This document shows positions 18,302 through 27,682 of a stretch of DNA of 64,000 bases, in pieces. The stretch comes from Deltaproteobacteria bacterium TL4 (GTDB taxonomy: Bacteria > SAR324 > NAC60-12): contig JBBCAX010000250.1 of NCBI GenBank assembly GCA_051382335.1, positions 27,498 to 91,497 of the forward strand, read 5' to 3'. A program made the translations under genes and the position numbers. The notes beneath the pieces were generated by a model. That model ran no database searches. It had not been told where the DNA came from and worked only from the letters and a program-made list of their open reading frames with translations. The first letter of the stretch is position 1. The number at the start of each line of letters is the position of its first letter.

Positions 18302-18379
18302 ACTCAAGGTAGGGTGCCGCTTAAGCGAAGCGAACGCACCACTTAAGGTAGGGTGCCACTTAAGCGAAGCGAGCGCACT
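18302..18379 (+). repeat. Two tandem 39-bp REP-like units
   Basis: ACT(C/T)AAGGTAGGGTGCC(G/A)CTTAAGCGAAGCGA(A/G)CGCAC twice, head to tail, with no spacer. Confidence 0.88.
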
Positions 18380-18526
18380 ACAAAAATGAAGATTTAACTC
18401 CTTCTGAGTATAGATAACGAGACTATAGCAAAGTCATTTTATAGCTACAAGGAAATCAGACACAATCTTTAAAATTGTCGCTTGTATCCTTAAGGGGAAG
18501 ATCTCAGGGGGAAAGCGGAGTCCGTT

Positions 18527-21055
18527 CTAAAGGGGAATCCAAAAGGAAAATGAGGTTCCCTCTCCTATTTCGCTTTGGACTTCAATTTTTCCTCCAATTT
18601 TGGTAATCGCCGCTTGAACCGCATCGAGTCCGACCCCTCGGCCTGAAACATCGGTAACTTTCTCAGCGGTACTGAATCCCGGTAATAACAGAATTTTCCA
18701 AGTTTGTCTCAGTTCAATCAAGTGGTTGATTTGTCTTTGATCCAAATGGACGTTGGCTTTGGCTTTTTCCGCAATTTTACTCAGATTCAAACCACGTCCA
18801 TCATCCGATATTTCCAAAACGAGGTTATTTTCAGCTTGAGTGATTTTTACGGTGATTTTACCCCATTCATCTTTTTTGGCATAGATCCGTTCTTCAGGGG
18901 GTTCCAAACCATGGTCCATACAATTGCGGAGAATATGAACCAACGGGGCTTCGAGTGTTTGAAACAGCTCTTGAGAAATAAGTAAATTATCCCCTTCAAT
19001 TTTGAATTTGACCTGTTTTCCCAATTGTTGACTAAGACGATTGATTTCTTTGGGCCAATGCTGGACCAGTCTCCGGACCGGAACCTTTTCGGCTTTGAGC
19101 AACAAGTTTTTCGCCTGCTCCAGCTCATTCTGAAGGACGGCTTGCTTGAGTGCAAAAAATTCTTCAGGTTCAAAGACAATTCCCAGAAGACGCTTTCGAA
19201 GTCCTTCATCAATATTCTCAATCAAAGATTGCGCATAGCGCAGCTCTTTTTCCAGGAGTTGTTTTTTATTTTGAATGTCTGAGGCCATATCTGAAGTCAC
19301 CCGGTGTGTTTCCTTGATATAACGGAGGCAGTCTTCCAATTCATGGACGCAGGTTTTCAGTCCATTCAGGCGAAACAAGCCGCTGATCCCTTTCAAAGTG
19401 TGGAGACTTCTCATCAACTCAATGGTCATCTCACTTAAGTTATGAGGAAGTGCAGGCGCTTTAAGGCAGGACTGATATTCCTCAATAGCGTTATGAGTGT
19501 CTGTTGAAAGTTGCAGCATTTGCAAATAGGAGTTCGGATCATCATAGATCTTTTGAATGATTTCTTTTTCCTGCTTTAAGGCTTCCCTTTCGCGAGAAAA
19601 TTTGCGTTCTTCGGAAATATCATCAATGCCGATATCAATGGCGACTAAACGTTTTGCCTTATCCCAGCAAGGGTAGAAAGAGAGGCGATATTCTTGCAGG
19701 AGCCCTTCACTGTTTTTAAAGGAAGTTTCATTGGGCATAAGCTCGACTAAATCTTCAAAACTCAACAAGGTATCTTCAAAAAAAAGCGGGTACGTGTGCT
19801 GCCATCCGACCTGAATCTCTCTACTTCCATAAAAAAGAAGCGGTGCCAAGGATTTCCCTGTTAAGTCACGAGTCCCTAAAATTTTGGTACATTGCGTTGA
19901 GAATTCGTTGGTGATGTTCGAGTCTTTATCAATTTTCAATAAACCTTGAGTGGTATGCTGAAAAAGCTCACTCAGACGTTGATTGACGTCATTGAAACGG
20001 TTCGTTGTATCCCGGAATACATTTTGCCATAATTGAGGTAACCGATTTACTATTTCCAAAAACCGATCTCGCTGAATGGCCAATATCCGGCAAGTTGTCA
20101 ATGCCCGCACGGTTGCGGACGCATTAACTTCGCCTCTCAAACAAGACATCTCCCCAAACGAATCCCCTTCTTTTCGATGGGCCACCAATTCATCGTTGAC
20201 CAGAATTTCAACCGTTCCTTGCTCAATAAAAAACACACGTTCCGCAGGTTGATTTTGAGTTAACAAATTTGTATCCGGCTCAATCACCAGTTCTTCCATT
20301 TGTTCGGTAAGCGTTATTAACTCAAAGGCGCTAAGCCCCTGAAATAAAGGCTGATTGTTGAGCAATGTCACACGGTTTTTTCTGATTTCCAAAGCTTCAG
20401 GATCACGTTCTGTGCTGATGTTGATGAATTTGGAAAGCGTGTTGCCATAGCGGTAAGTCGCGGTCAGTATCGTTTGCTTTAAGTCTTCATCAAGTTCGTC
20501 CACATCATGCACAAACTTCATCAAAACATCCGCCATCGCTTCGTGGATTTCAGGGGGTAACGCTTGCCACTGTGCCATTTCTTTTTGTAATTTAAAAACT
20601 TTATGATCCAATTCCACACATTTCGCATGTTCTTTTCGTAATTGGGTATTGCTCCTGGAGAGTTGATTTTGACACCGTTGCTCATAGTGTGCTTTTTCTA
20701 ATAACCGCTTTATTTTTGTACTCAACACACGCTTTCCAAAAGGTTGGGGCACATAATCGGTCGTGTCATATTCCAGCAACTCGCCAAGAAAAGAATCCTC
20801 AGTTTCTGAGGTCAGGACGAGGACAGGCAAAGTATGAAAAAGCTGGTGTTCTTTAAGTGTTTTAAACAACGCAAACTCCTCAGTTTCTGTGCCCATCATC
20901 TGCATCAGGATGAGATCAAAGGACTCTCGTTCCAAAGCTGTGAGAAGCGTTTGCGGTTTGATGAGCGTTTTGGAGGTATGCGCCAATTCGGAACATAGTT
21001 TACGAGTCAATAACACGTGACTTCGATTATTATTGATAATAAGAATGTGGGACAT
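18527..21055 (-). CDS. CheA-like histidine kinase: degenerate REC - coiled coil - cNMP-binding - PAS-like - HPt - HATPase, no CheW domain
   Basis: HPt MRSLHTLKG..G; CheA-type HATPase LVHILRNCMDHGLEPPEER, DDGRG, GFSTAEKVTDVSGRGVGLD; cNMP domain FFIEQGTVEI...GDSFGEMS..ATVRA. Protein ends at FSFWIPL. Confidence 0.85.
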   Translation of the reverse strand: MSHILIINNNRSHVLLTRKLCSELAHTSKTLIKPQTLLTALERESFDLILMQMMGTETEEFALFKTLKEHQLFHTLPVLVLTSETEDSFLGELLEYDTTDYVPQPFGKRVLSTKIKRLLEKAHYEQRCQNQLSRSNTQLRKEHAKCVELDHKVFKLQKEMAQWQALPPEIHEAMADVLMKFVHDVDELDEDLKQTILTATYRYGNTLSKFINISTERDPEALEIRKNRVTLLNNQPLFQGLSAFELITLTEQMEELVIEPDTNLLTQNQPAERVFFIEQGTVEILVNDELVAHRKEGDSFGEMSCLRGEVNASATVRALTTCRILAIQRDRFLEIVNRLPQLWQNVFRDTTNRFNDVNQRLSELFQHTTQGLLKIDKDSNITNEFSTQCTKILGTRDLTGKSLAPLLFYGSREIQVGWQHTYPLFFEDTLLSFEDLVELMPNETSFKNSEGLLQEYRLSFYPCWDKAKRLVAIDIGIDDISEERKFSREREALKQEKEIIQKIYDDPNSYLQMLQLSTDTHNAIEEYQSCLKAPALPHNLSEMTIELMRSLHTLKGISGLFRLNGLKTCVHELEDCLRYIKETHRVTSDMASDIQNKKQLLEKELRYAQSLIENIDEGLRKRLLGIVFEPEEFFALKQAVLQNELEQAKNLLLKAEKVPVRRLVQHWPKEINRLSQQLGKQVKFKIEGDNLLISQELFQTLEAPLVHILRNCMDHGLEPPEERIYAKKDEWGKITVKITQAENNLVLEISDDGRGLNLSKIAEKAKANVHLDQRQINHLIELRQTWKILLLPGFSTAEKVTDVSGRGVGLDAVQAAITKIGGKIEVQSEIGEGTSFSFWIPL

Positions 21056-21404
21056 GCGTCTCTATCTATTAAATTTCAGTTCAAACCCCCTGACAAATAA
21101 TACGCTAAATATCAACTATCACAACTTATGATTTTTTCTTTTGTAACTCTTTGGAAAACGTACTACATAGCCTGTGGTTCAACGAACACTGTCAATAATA
21201 ACAAAATTTGCAGAGTATACGCAATACCTATATGAACTTTTCACATTTCCTTGAACCTCAGCAAAGAGATCACTCTGTTTTCATCTATCAAAGATGGTAA
21301 CGATCTCTACTTTTCTCCCTGCTAAATCCCAAAGAGGTTTCTCGAAAGGAGTTAGCGGAACTCTATACGAAACGCTGCCTAGCATTTTTTACCCCATGTT
21401 TTTT

Positions 21405-21450
21405 AGTCCAGAAGGGCCGATTGAAAATAGCCCAGCGATTTATCGCTGGG
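21405..21450. repeat. Palindromic repeat unit
   Basis: CCCAGCGAT-TT-ATCGCTGGG (21431-21450), preceded by AGTCCAGAAGGGCCGATTGAAAATAG. Resembles HUH-transposase-associated repeats. Confidence 0.55.
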
Positions 21451-21564
21451 AGGATGAAATAACGAAATCTAACCGGTTTATGGAAGTTTGTTGACGATTA
21501 TTAAAAAAATATGTTACTGAGTAGCAGGGAGGATATTCTTAAAAAATCCATTTTGGGAGGTAAG

Positions 21565-21870
21565 GTGTTGTATAAAAAAAATTGTTGGGAATTTTATGAA
21601 TGTGGACGAGAGCCTGGAGGCAAGAATGTCGAAAGTCTGGGAACCTGTCCTGCTGCGACAGAGAATGGGGCGGACGGTCTAAATGATGGGCAAAATGGTG
21701 GCCGTATCTGTTGGGCCATTGCGGGGACCCTGTGTGGTGGAAAAGTTCAGGGGGAATTTTCCAAGAAAAAAATATCCTGTTTTTCATGTGGATTTTTTAA
21801 AACGGTCAAAAATGAAACCAGCCCTTTTGAGTTTCAAATCTTAAAACCGGGTCAGGAGTATGAAGGCTAA
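21565..21870 (+). CDS. Two-CW domain Cys-rich protein
   Basis: KKNCWEFYECGREPGG...CPAA...GGRICWAIAGTLCGGKVQG...CFSCGFF. GGAGG at 21556-21560 supports a start at 21565 or 21568. Confidence 0.85.
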   Translation: MLYKKNCWEFYECGREPGGKNVESLGTCPAATENGADGLNDGQNGGRICWAIAGTLCGGKVQGEFSKKKISCFSCGFFKTVKNETSPFEFQILKPGQEYEG

Positions 21871-22007
21871 TCGGCAAGGACACGATCCTGTTCAATGCAA
21901 AATGTTTTTCCGTTTGAGTGACTGAACGACGGGGCGATAGAGAAAAGGCTATCCTGATTTCCAGCACTTAGAATCGTTGTCAATCCCCTTACGAAAGAAA
22001 CGTTCCT

Positions 22008-22853
22008 ATGATAAATAAATTAAAGTTCTTGTCCCTCTACTATGCTTATCCTTTAATTAAACCGTTTAAGCGACCGGTCCCCCCTAAGCTGGCCTCAACC
22101 ATCATGCTTGTCCGAGAGCGAAAGGAAGGTTTGGAAGTCTTCATGGTGGAAAGGCATCACCAGATAGATTTTGCTTCAGGGGCGTTGGTTTTTCCTGGAG
22201 GAAAGGTTGACCCGCCAGATTGTCTACCGGAACTGCGTTCCTTTTGTGATGGTGTCGACGGAATCGACAACGACGCACTAGGGCTTAGAATAGCGGCAAT
22301 CCGTGAGGTCTTTGAAGAATGTGGCATTCTATTGGCACGAATAGCTGGGGAAAAAAATCTTTTAAATGCAGAGCAATTGAAACCTTTGGAAAGTTATCGA
22401 GAGGCACTCCATAAGCAAAAAGTGGATATGAAAGCTTTTGTGCTCAAAGAAAATCTCAGACTGGCTTGTGATCAACTCCACTCTTTTGCGCATTGGATTA
22501 CCCCCGAAATGATTCCCAAGCGCTTTGATACCTATTTTTATTTAGTTCAAACGCCTGAAGGGCAAATCGGTCTGCACGATGGACAGGAATCCGTCGACTC
22601 TCTTTGGATTACTCCCCAAACCGCATTAAAAGCCGCAAAAGACGGAAAACGCATCATTATTTTCCCCACACGGTTGAACTTGGAAAAATTGGGGGCATAT
22701 CAAACGATAAAGGAGGTCCTCCAATTTTTAAACACTTCTCCTGTCCACACAGTAATGCCCAAACTCCTGAGAAAGGGCCTCCGGGTCTTTTTGACTATTC
22801 CTGAAAAGGCTGGCTATGGGAAAATAGAGGAACCTTTGGAGAACGTAATGTGA
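22008..22853 (+). CDS. NUDIX hydrolase (NUDT19-like)
   Basis: VFPGGKVD...AAIREVFEECGI split Nudix box; HWITP...KRFDTYF. Confidence 0.88.
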   Translation: MINKLKFLSLYYAYPLIKPFKRPVPPKLASTIMLVRERKEGLEVFMVERHHQIDFASGALVFPGGKVDPPDCLPELRSFCDGVDGIDNDALGLRIAAIREVFEECGILLARIAGEKNLLNAEQLKPLESYREALHKQKVDMKAFVLKENLRLACDQLHSFAHWITPEMIPKRFDTYFYLVQTPEGQIGLHDGQESVDSLWITPQTALKAAKDGKRIIIFPTRLNLEKLGAYQTIKEVLQFLNTSPVHTVMPKLLRKGLRVFLTIPEKAGYGKIEEPLENVM

Positions 22854-22990
22854 GGGACGCCTTTTATGCCCTCTCCACTGGTTTGGTGAGGTAATCCGGA
22901 ACTTGAGGTTGACGCAACGAATTGAAAAAGAAATCGGTAAAGGGAAAGCTTGAGGCTTCAAGTGATTTTTCCAATGGCAAAGAAGTTACG

Positions 22991-24466
22991 ATGATATTTA
23001 AAGAATCTGAAAAACACGAAACATGGGTACAAGCACTGTGGGCTTCGCAGCCCTTTTCCCCCAAGGTCTTACAAACACTTGAAGGCGAATCCCTTAGTAT
23101 CGATTTTCAAGGGTGGCTCAACAAAGACAGTGGACCTGACTTTTCTGAGGCAAGAATCCAAATAGGGCCCAACGATTATTTCGGAAGTGTCGAGATTCAC
23201 TTACAGTCCTCCTCCTGGTACACCCATCATCATCATTTGAATCCCGATTATAATAACGTAATTCTGCACGTCGTCCTTTATAAGGACAACCAACAACCCA
23301 TTTTAAGAGAAAATGGAACCCCTGTTCCTGAAATAGAAATCGCTGCTTTTTTGAACGCTGACCGCATTTCAAACAAGGAACCCCCGGAATATCTGCTTGC
23401 TCAGTATGAGGAATTTCCTGGAAAATGCGGAGTTCACGTCCTTCAAGAAGGGAGGGCTTCCCTGCGAAAACTGATTGCCCATGCGGCAGAACAACGGATA
23501 CAACAAAAGACGCAAAAAATTCTGGATCGCTGGGAAGAACAACCGCCTGAGGAATTGTTATTTCAAATGATTTTCCGCTCCTTGGGCTATAGCGCTTATG
23601 CCCATTCTTTTGAAGAACTTGCCAGGCTCTATCCGTTTGATTCACTTTTAAATATGCTGAAACAGCCTCAACGCTATACACGCGTTTCCATTTTATCTCG
23701 TTGGTTTGGTGCTTGTGGTTTACTTGACAATCCCCCCGCGCTGATTGAAGAACCCACCTTAAGAAAAGAAATGCATCAGTGGCAGGCGGAGTGGCATCAA
23801 GCCTCGTCTGCCCCCAAAGTTTCAGCCAAGCTCAGTCAAGGATATCGCCCTCAGAATTCTCCCGAACGGCGGATGATTGGCCTTTATCACCATTTACGTT
23901 TGGTCGCCGTTGAGGGGTTGCTCAAAAGTTGGTTGAAAATGCTTCAGCAATTGGACGTTTATCGGGATCAAGAGGGGTTAAAAAAACAAGTTCTGAAACA
24001 GACGCAACTTTTATTTGAAACTCCGGATTGGGAAATCTGGCAAACCCATTTTTCTTCCTCCTCATCCTCCCAGCCCCGCCCCATTCAACTCATTGGCACG
24101 GACCGACAAACTATTTTATGGGCAAACGCCATCCTCCCTTTCTTTTTGGCTTTTGCGCGGCAGGAAAAAGATCGAAATTTGGAAAAACTCCTCTATCAAA
24201 TTTTCCTGGTTCTTCCTCCTGAGTCTTCAAACAAACATACCCGTTTCATGGAAAAACGATTACAACTCCCGAAGAAAGGCTCGAACCATTACAAAACCTT
24301 AGGCTCTCAGCAAGGACTGATCCAAATAAGTCAGGATTTTTGCCACAATTTCTACCAAGGCTGCAAAAACTGCGAGTTTGTGGAGTTATTAAAATCCGAA
24401 AGTGAAGCCGGAGTTCCTGAAATAGATCCAGAGGTGAAGCCGGAGTTAAATACTCATAAAAAATAG
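22991..24466 (+). CDS. DUF2851 family protein
   Basis: GWLNKDSGPDFSEA, GSVEIH...W..HHH...YNNVILHVV, RPQNSPERR, QQGLIQ...FC.....C..C. Start uncertain (22922-22991). Confidence 0.85.
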   Translation: MIFKESEKHETWVQALWASQPFSPKVLQTLEGESLSIDFQGWLNKDSGPDFSEARIQIGPNDYFGSVEIHLQSSSWYTHHHHLNPDYNNVILHVVLYKDNQQPILRENGTPVPEIEIAAFLNADRISNKEPPEYLLAQYEEFPGKCGVHVLQEGRASLRKLIAHAAEQRIQQKTQKILDRWEEQPPEELLFQMIFRSLGYSAYAHSFEELARLYPFDSLLNMLKQPQRYTRVSILSRWFGACGLLDNPPALIEEPTLRKEMHQWQAEWHQASSAPKVSAKLSQGYRPQNSPERRMIGLYHHLRLVAVEGLLKSWLKMLQQLDVYRDQEGLKKQVLKQTQLLFETPDWEIWQTHFSSSSSSQPRPIQLIGTDRQTILWANAILPFFLAFARQEKDRNLEKLLYQIFLVLPPESSNKHTRFMEKRLQLPKKGSNHYKTLGSQQGLIQISQDFCHNFYQGCKNCEFVELLKSESEAGVPEIDPEVKPELNTHKK

Positions 24467-24558
24467 CAGCAGAGCGCATTGACCGGGCAAGATCGAAACG
24501 CTATCATGGAAAAATTAAATTAGCGCACTTCATGCGGACTTTTCTGACTCGACCTCAA

Positions 24559-26493
24559 TCAGGTACGTTTGAAACGGGAATTCAATTCGTCAAGGGACAA
24601 ATGAACAAGGACGGGACGTTGATGCGGACAAAAGAGATGAAGGTCGACTTGTTCCAGTTGGGCCACTAAGGTTTGGAGATCCTGGGACGAGAGTTTCTCC
24701 CCATCAGCTAAGGCGGAATTGCAGCTTACAATTCTCAGCGCGTCGCTGAATATCTCTTCTTGCCGACTTCGTTTGCCAAATAAGGCCAGTTCATCAAGTA
24801 TTGCTAACAGCGTTTGCGTCTGTTTTGATTGAGGCAATATGACAGGAATGGAGTGTACGGCATAAGTCTTTCCTCCGAAAGGCTCAATGCTGAATCCTAA
24901 TTTTTTAAATGGGACCAGGTACTGTTCCAATAAAATCGCGTTTTGAGGGATCAATTCCAAAAGTTCAGGGACTTGAAAAGAGCGTGTTTTGATTTTATCT
25001 TCATAAAACTGATTCCGATAATACTCAAAAAGGATCCTTTCGTGTGCCGCGTGTTGATCGATTAAAACGAGTCCCTCCTGATTTTCCGCAAGAATATAAC
25101 GTTGATGCAACTGACCTAAAGGGGTGTATTCCTGTGGCTTTTTTATCTCCAGAACCGATAAATTGAAAAGACGCTCTGTGGTTTGCATGGGAACGGAGGA
25201 GTCCGTTGATGTTTTCTTGGGCGAGAGGTCAGAAACGGCTTTTTCTGGTTCTGAAGGGGGTAACGCCGTTTTAGTTCCTGGGACAGGTTTTTGTTTTAGC
25301 GGCTCTGAAAAAAAAGGTTTTTCCTGCACCACAGCGGATTTTGAAACGGCCGGTTGAATTTTTCGAGGTTCTGTTGAGGGCCTTGTCTGCGGTTGGAGGG
25401 AAAAGGGTTCATCCAGGGGAATTTCCATTTGTTGTTGATTTGCCGGTGGAAGAACCTCGCCAAGTCGATTTCCAAAAAAACGCCGATGGGTACTGTCTTT
25501 GATCGTTTTGGCAAGTGTTTCTTTGAGTAGTGTCTGAATCAATTGGCTGTTTCGGAAACGAATTTCAGTTTTTGCCGGATGCACATTAACATCTATTTCT
25601 GTAGGAGCCAAATAGAGTTTTAAAAAGAAGACCGGATGCCTGTTTTTCAGGAGCAGCGTTTGATAGGCCTCATAGATTCCCCGGTTTACCGCGGTACACC
25701 GGACACTTCGATCATTAACGAACAGGTATTGCCAGGTTCTACTGGTTCTTGTGCGAGGAGGAGAGGAAATAAAGCCATGGTATTTCAAGTAGGCTTCCTG
25801 ATGCTCCGTAAAAATAAGGTCATCCAGAAAGGCTTCACCAAATAACTGATATATTCGTTCTTCAAGGCTTTGACCTCTTCCCAGGTTGAGAATCATTTGT
25901 TTGTTATGCGTCAAACGGAATTGAATATGAGGCCGTGCCAGCGCTTGTAAGATGAAGGTTTGTTGAATGTGTTGAAACTCGGTGTTGACACTTTTCAGAA
26001 ATTTCAACCGGGCCGGAGTATTAAAAAACAATTGATTTACGGAGATCTTGGTTCCTTTCGTAAAGCCTGTTTTGTTGATTTGTTCCACATGGCCGCCTTT
26101 GACAAACAAACGGATTGCGCCTGAATTCTCGTCATTACAAGTGATGAGTTCAAACTGAGAAACCGAGGCAATTGCGGCCAAGGCTTCACCTCGAAATCCC
26201 ATCGTTTGAATGCAGTCCAATTCAGCTTCCGTTTTGATTTTACTTGTCGCGTGACGTTCTATGGATAAGCGCGCGTCTTCTTCATTCATCCCGATGCCAT
26301 TATCCAGCACAGCGATTAAATCTCTGCCTCCATTTTTGACCGTAACATAAATCTGATCGGCACCGGCATCAATTGAGTTTTCTAACAACTCCTTCACTAC
26401 GGAGGCTGGACGCTCAACCACTTCTCCTGCGGCGATCTTGTTGATGATCAGTTCAGGCAGAATCTGAATTTTTGTTGCTGTTGGTAGTGACAT
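24559..26493 (-). CDS. mutL: DNA mismatch repair endonuclease MutL
   Basis: IAAGEVVERPASVVKELLENSIDAG, GFRGEALA, DVNVHPAKTEIRF, DQHAAHERILFE. Confidence 0.97.
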   Translation of the reverse strand: MSLPTATKIQILPELIINKIAAGEVVERPASVVKELLENSIDAGADQIYVTVKNGGRDLIAVLDNGIGMNEEDARLSIERHATSKIKTEAELDCIQTMGFRGEALAAIASVSQFELITCNDENSGAIRLFVKGGHVEQINKTGFTKGTKISVNQLFFNTPARLKFLKSVNTEFQHIQQTFILQALARPHIQFRLTHNKQMILNLGRGQSLEERIYQLFGEAFLDDLIFTEHQEAYLKYHGFISSPPRTRTSRTWQYLFVNDRSVRCTAVNRGIYEAYQTLLLKNRHPVFFLKLYLAPTEIDVNVHPAKTEIRFRNSQLIQTLLKETLAKTIKDSTHRRFFGNRLGEVLPPANQQQMEIPLDEPFSLQPQTRPSTEPRKIQPAVSKSAVVQEKPFFSEPLKQKPVPGTKTALPPSEPEKAVSDLSPKKTSTDSSVPMQTTERLFNLSVLEIKKPQEYTPLGQLHQRYILAENQEGLVLIDQHAAHERILFEYYRNQFYEDKIKTRSFQVPELLELIPQNAILLEQYLVPFKKLGFSIEPFGGKTYAVHSIPVILPQSKQTQTLLAILDELALFGKRSRQEEIFSDALRIVSCNSALADGEKLSSQDLQTLVAQLEQVDLHLFCPHQRPVLVHLSLDELNSRFKRT

Positions 26494-26505
26494 GCTTCGA
26501 GTCGC

Positions 26506-26697
26506 TTAACTTTCATTAGGGTAAGAAGACTCATCAAGTTCTTCCTGGAAACGAACGGGATATCCTCCCGAAATCCATTGGCCCAAGTCCACCATTTTAC
26601 AATGTTCCGAACAAAAAGGACGAGTGGGATTGTTCTCCCAGGTTGTTGGCTTTTTACAATAAGGACAGCGCATTTCTTTGTTTTTCGTCTTCATCAT
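26506..26697 (-). CDS. yacG: DNA gyrase inhibitor YacG
   Basis: CPYC...RPFCSEHCKMVDLGQW zinc finger. Confidence 0.93.
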   Translation of the reverse strand: MMKTKNKEMRCPYCKKPTTWENNPTRPFCSEHCKMVDLGQWISGGYPVRFQEELDESSYPNES

Positions 26698-26932
26698 GGA
26701 TACTCGTGCCTCAAGTTAGAAATCAGCGTCTTGTTTTCTGGAGTTCCAAACTATATCGTTTCCCAAGGCGATAATCAAACTGAAAGCTGCTCAAAGAATA
26801 CAGATTGAAAACACTCGCATGAAGAAAAGCTTTTAGCAGATCCTTGACATGTTTTTAAGGGATCTATATCCTTCGAGGGAAACTCCAGCTTCGATAGACG
26901 CAGAATTGTTCAGAAACCTTACCCAGGAACCC

Positions 26933-27391
26933 ATGCAAATATATGTGGATGCAGATGCTTGTCCGAAATTAATCAAACAAAGCCTCTTTCGCGTTGCAAA
27001 CCGTGTTAAGGTTCCCATCACCTTTGTCGCAAATCGTTACACGAACACGCCTTCCTCGCCCTATCTTAAAGTCATTCAGGTTCCTCAAGGCTTGGATGTC
27101 GCTGATAGCAAAATTGTAGAATTGGTACAAGCCGGTGATTTGGTCATTACCGCGGATATTCCACTGGCCAGTCACGTTATTGAAAAAGAAGGATTTGCCT
27201 TGAACCCGCGAGGCGAATTGTATACGGAAGAAAACATTCGTCAGATTTTATCAGTACGGAATTTCATGTCAGAATTGAGGGAGAACGGCGTAGAGACAGG
27301 AGGGCCTTCGGCTTTTCATCAACGCGATTGTCATGCCTTCGCAAATCAACTGGACCGTTTTTTAGCACAAAATTTCAAAACGGTGATATAA
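26933..27391 (+). CDS. yaiI: YaiI/YqxD (DUF188) family protein
   Basis: [42 protein letters not shown]. Start set at ATG 26933. Confidence 0.92.
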   Translation: MQIYVDADACPKLIKQSLFRVANRVKVPITFVANRYTNTPSSPYLKVIQVPQGLDVADSKIVELVQAGDLVITADIPLASHVIEKEGFALNPRGELYTEENIRQILSVRNFMSELRENGVETGGPSAFHQRDCHAFANQLDRFLAQNFKTVI

Positions 27392-27682
27392 ACCTAACCA
27401 ATGAAGTTTTGCTGTCGTTCCTCAAAAGAGTTTGATTTTATGAGATAACAGGACCGCGTATTCGTAACAGGAGTTACCCTTTGATATTTCAATGACTAAA
27501 AAAAGTAATACTTGCGTTTTTTTTAATAGTCTGATCCTTACTAAACAGTTTGTTCTGAACCAGCAGGAGCGTGACTTAGTGACTGAGAAGATTACGCTGA
27601 AAGATTGACGGTGTCACGTTGACACACATTTGACACTGACTCCCGAGTGCTCCTTGTAAATCAACAACTAAGAGGTTTCTAA

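Noticed and set aside
18302..18379. Possible mini CRISPR array
   Set aside because: Only two abutting units with no spacer and no cas genes; the same unit occurs as an inverted REP pair at 15421-15490.
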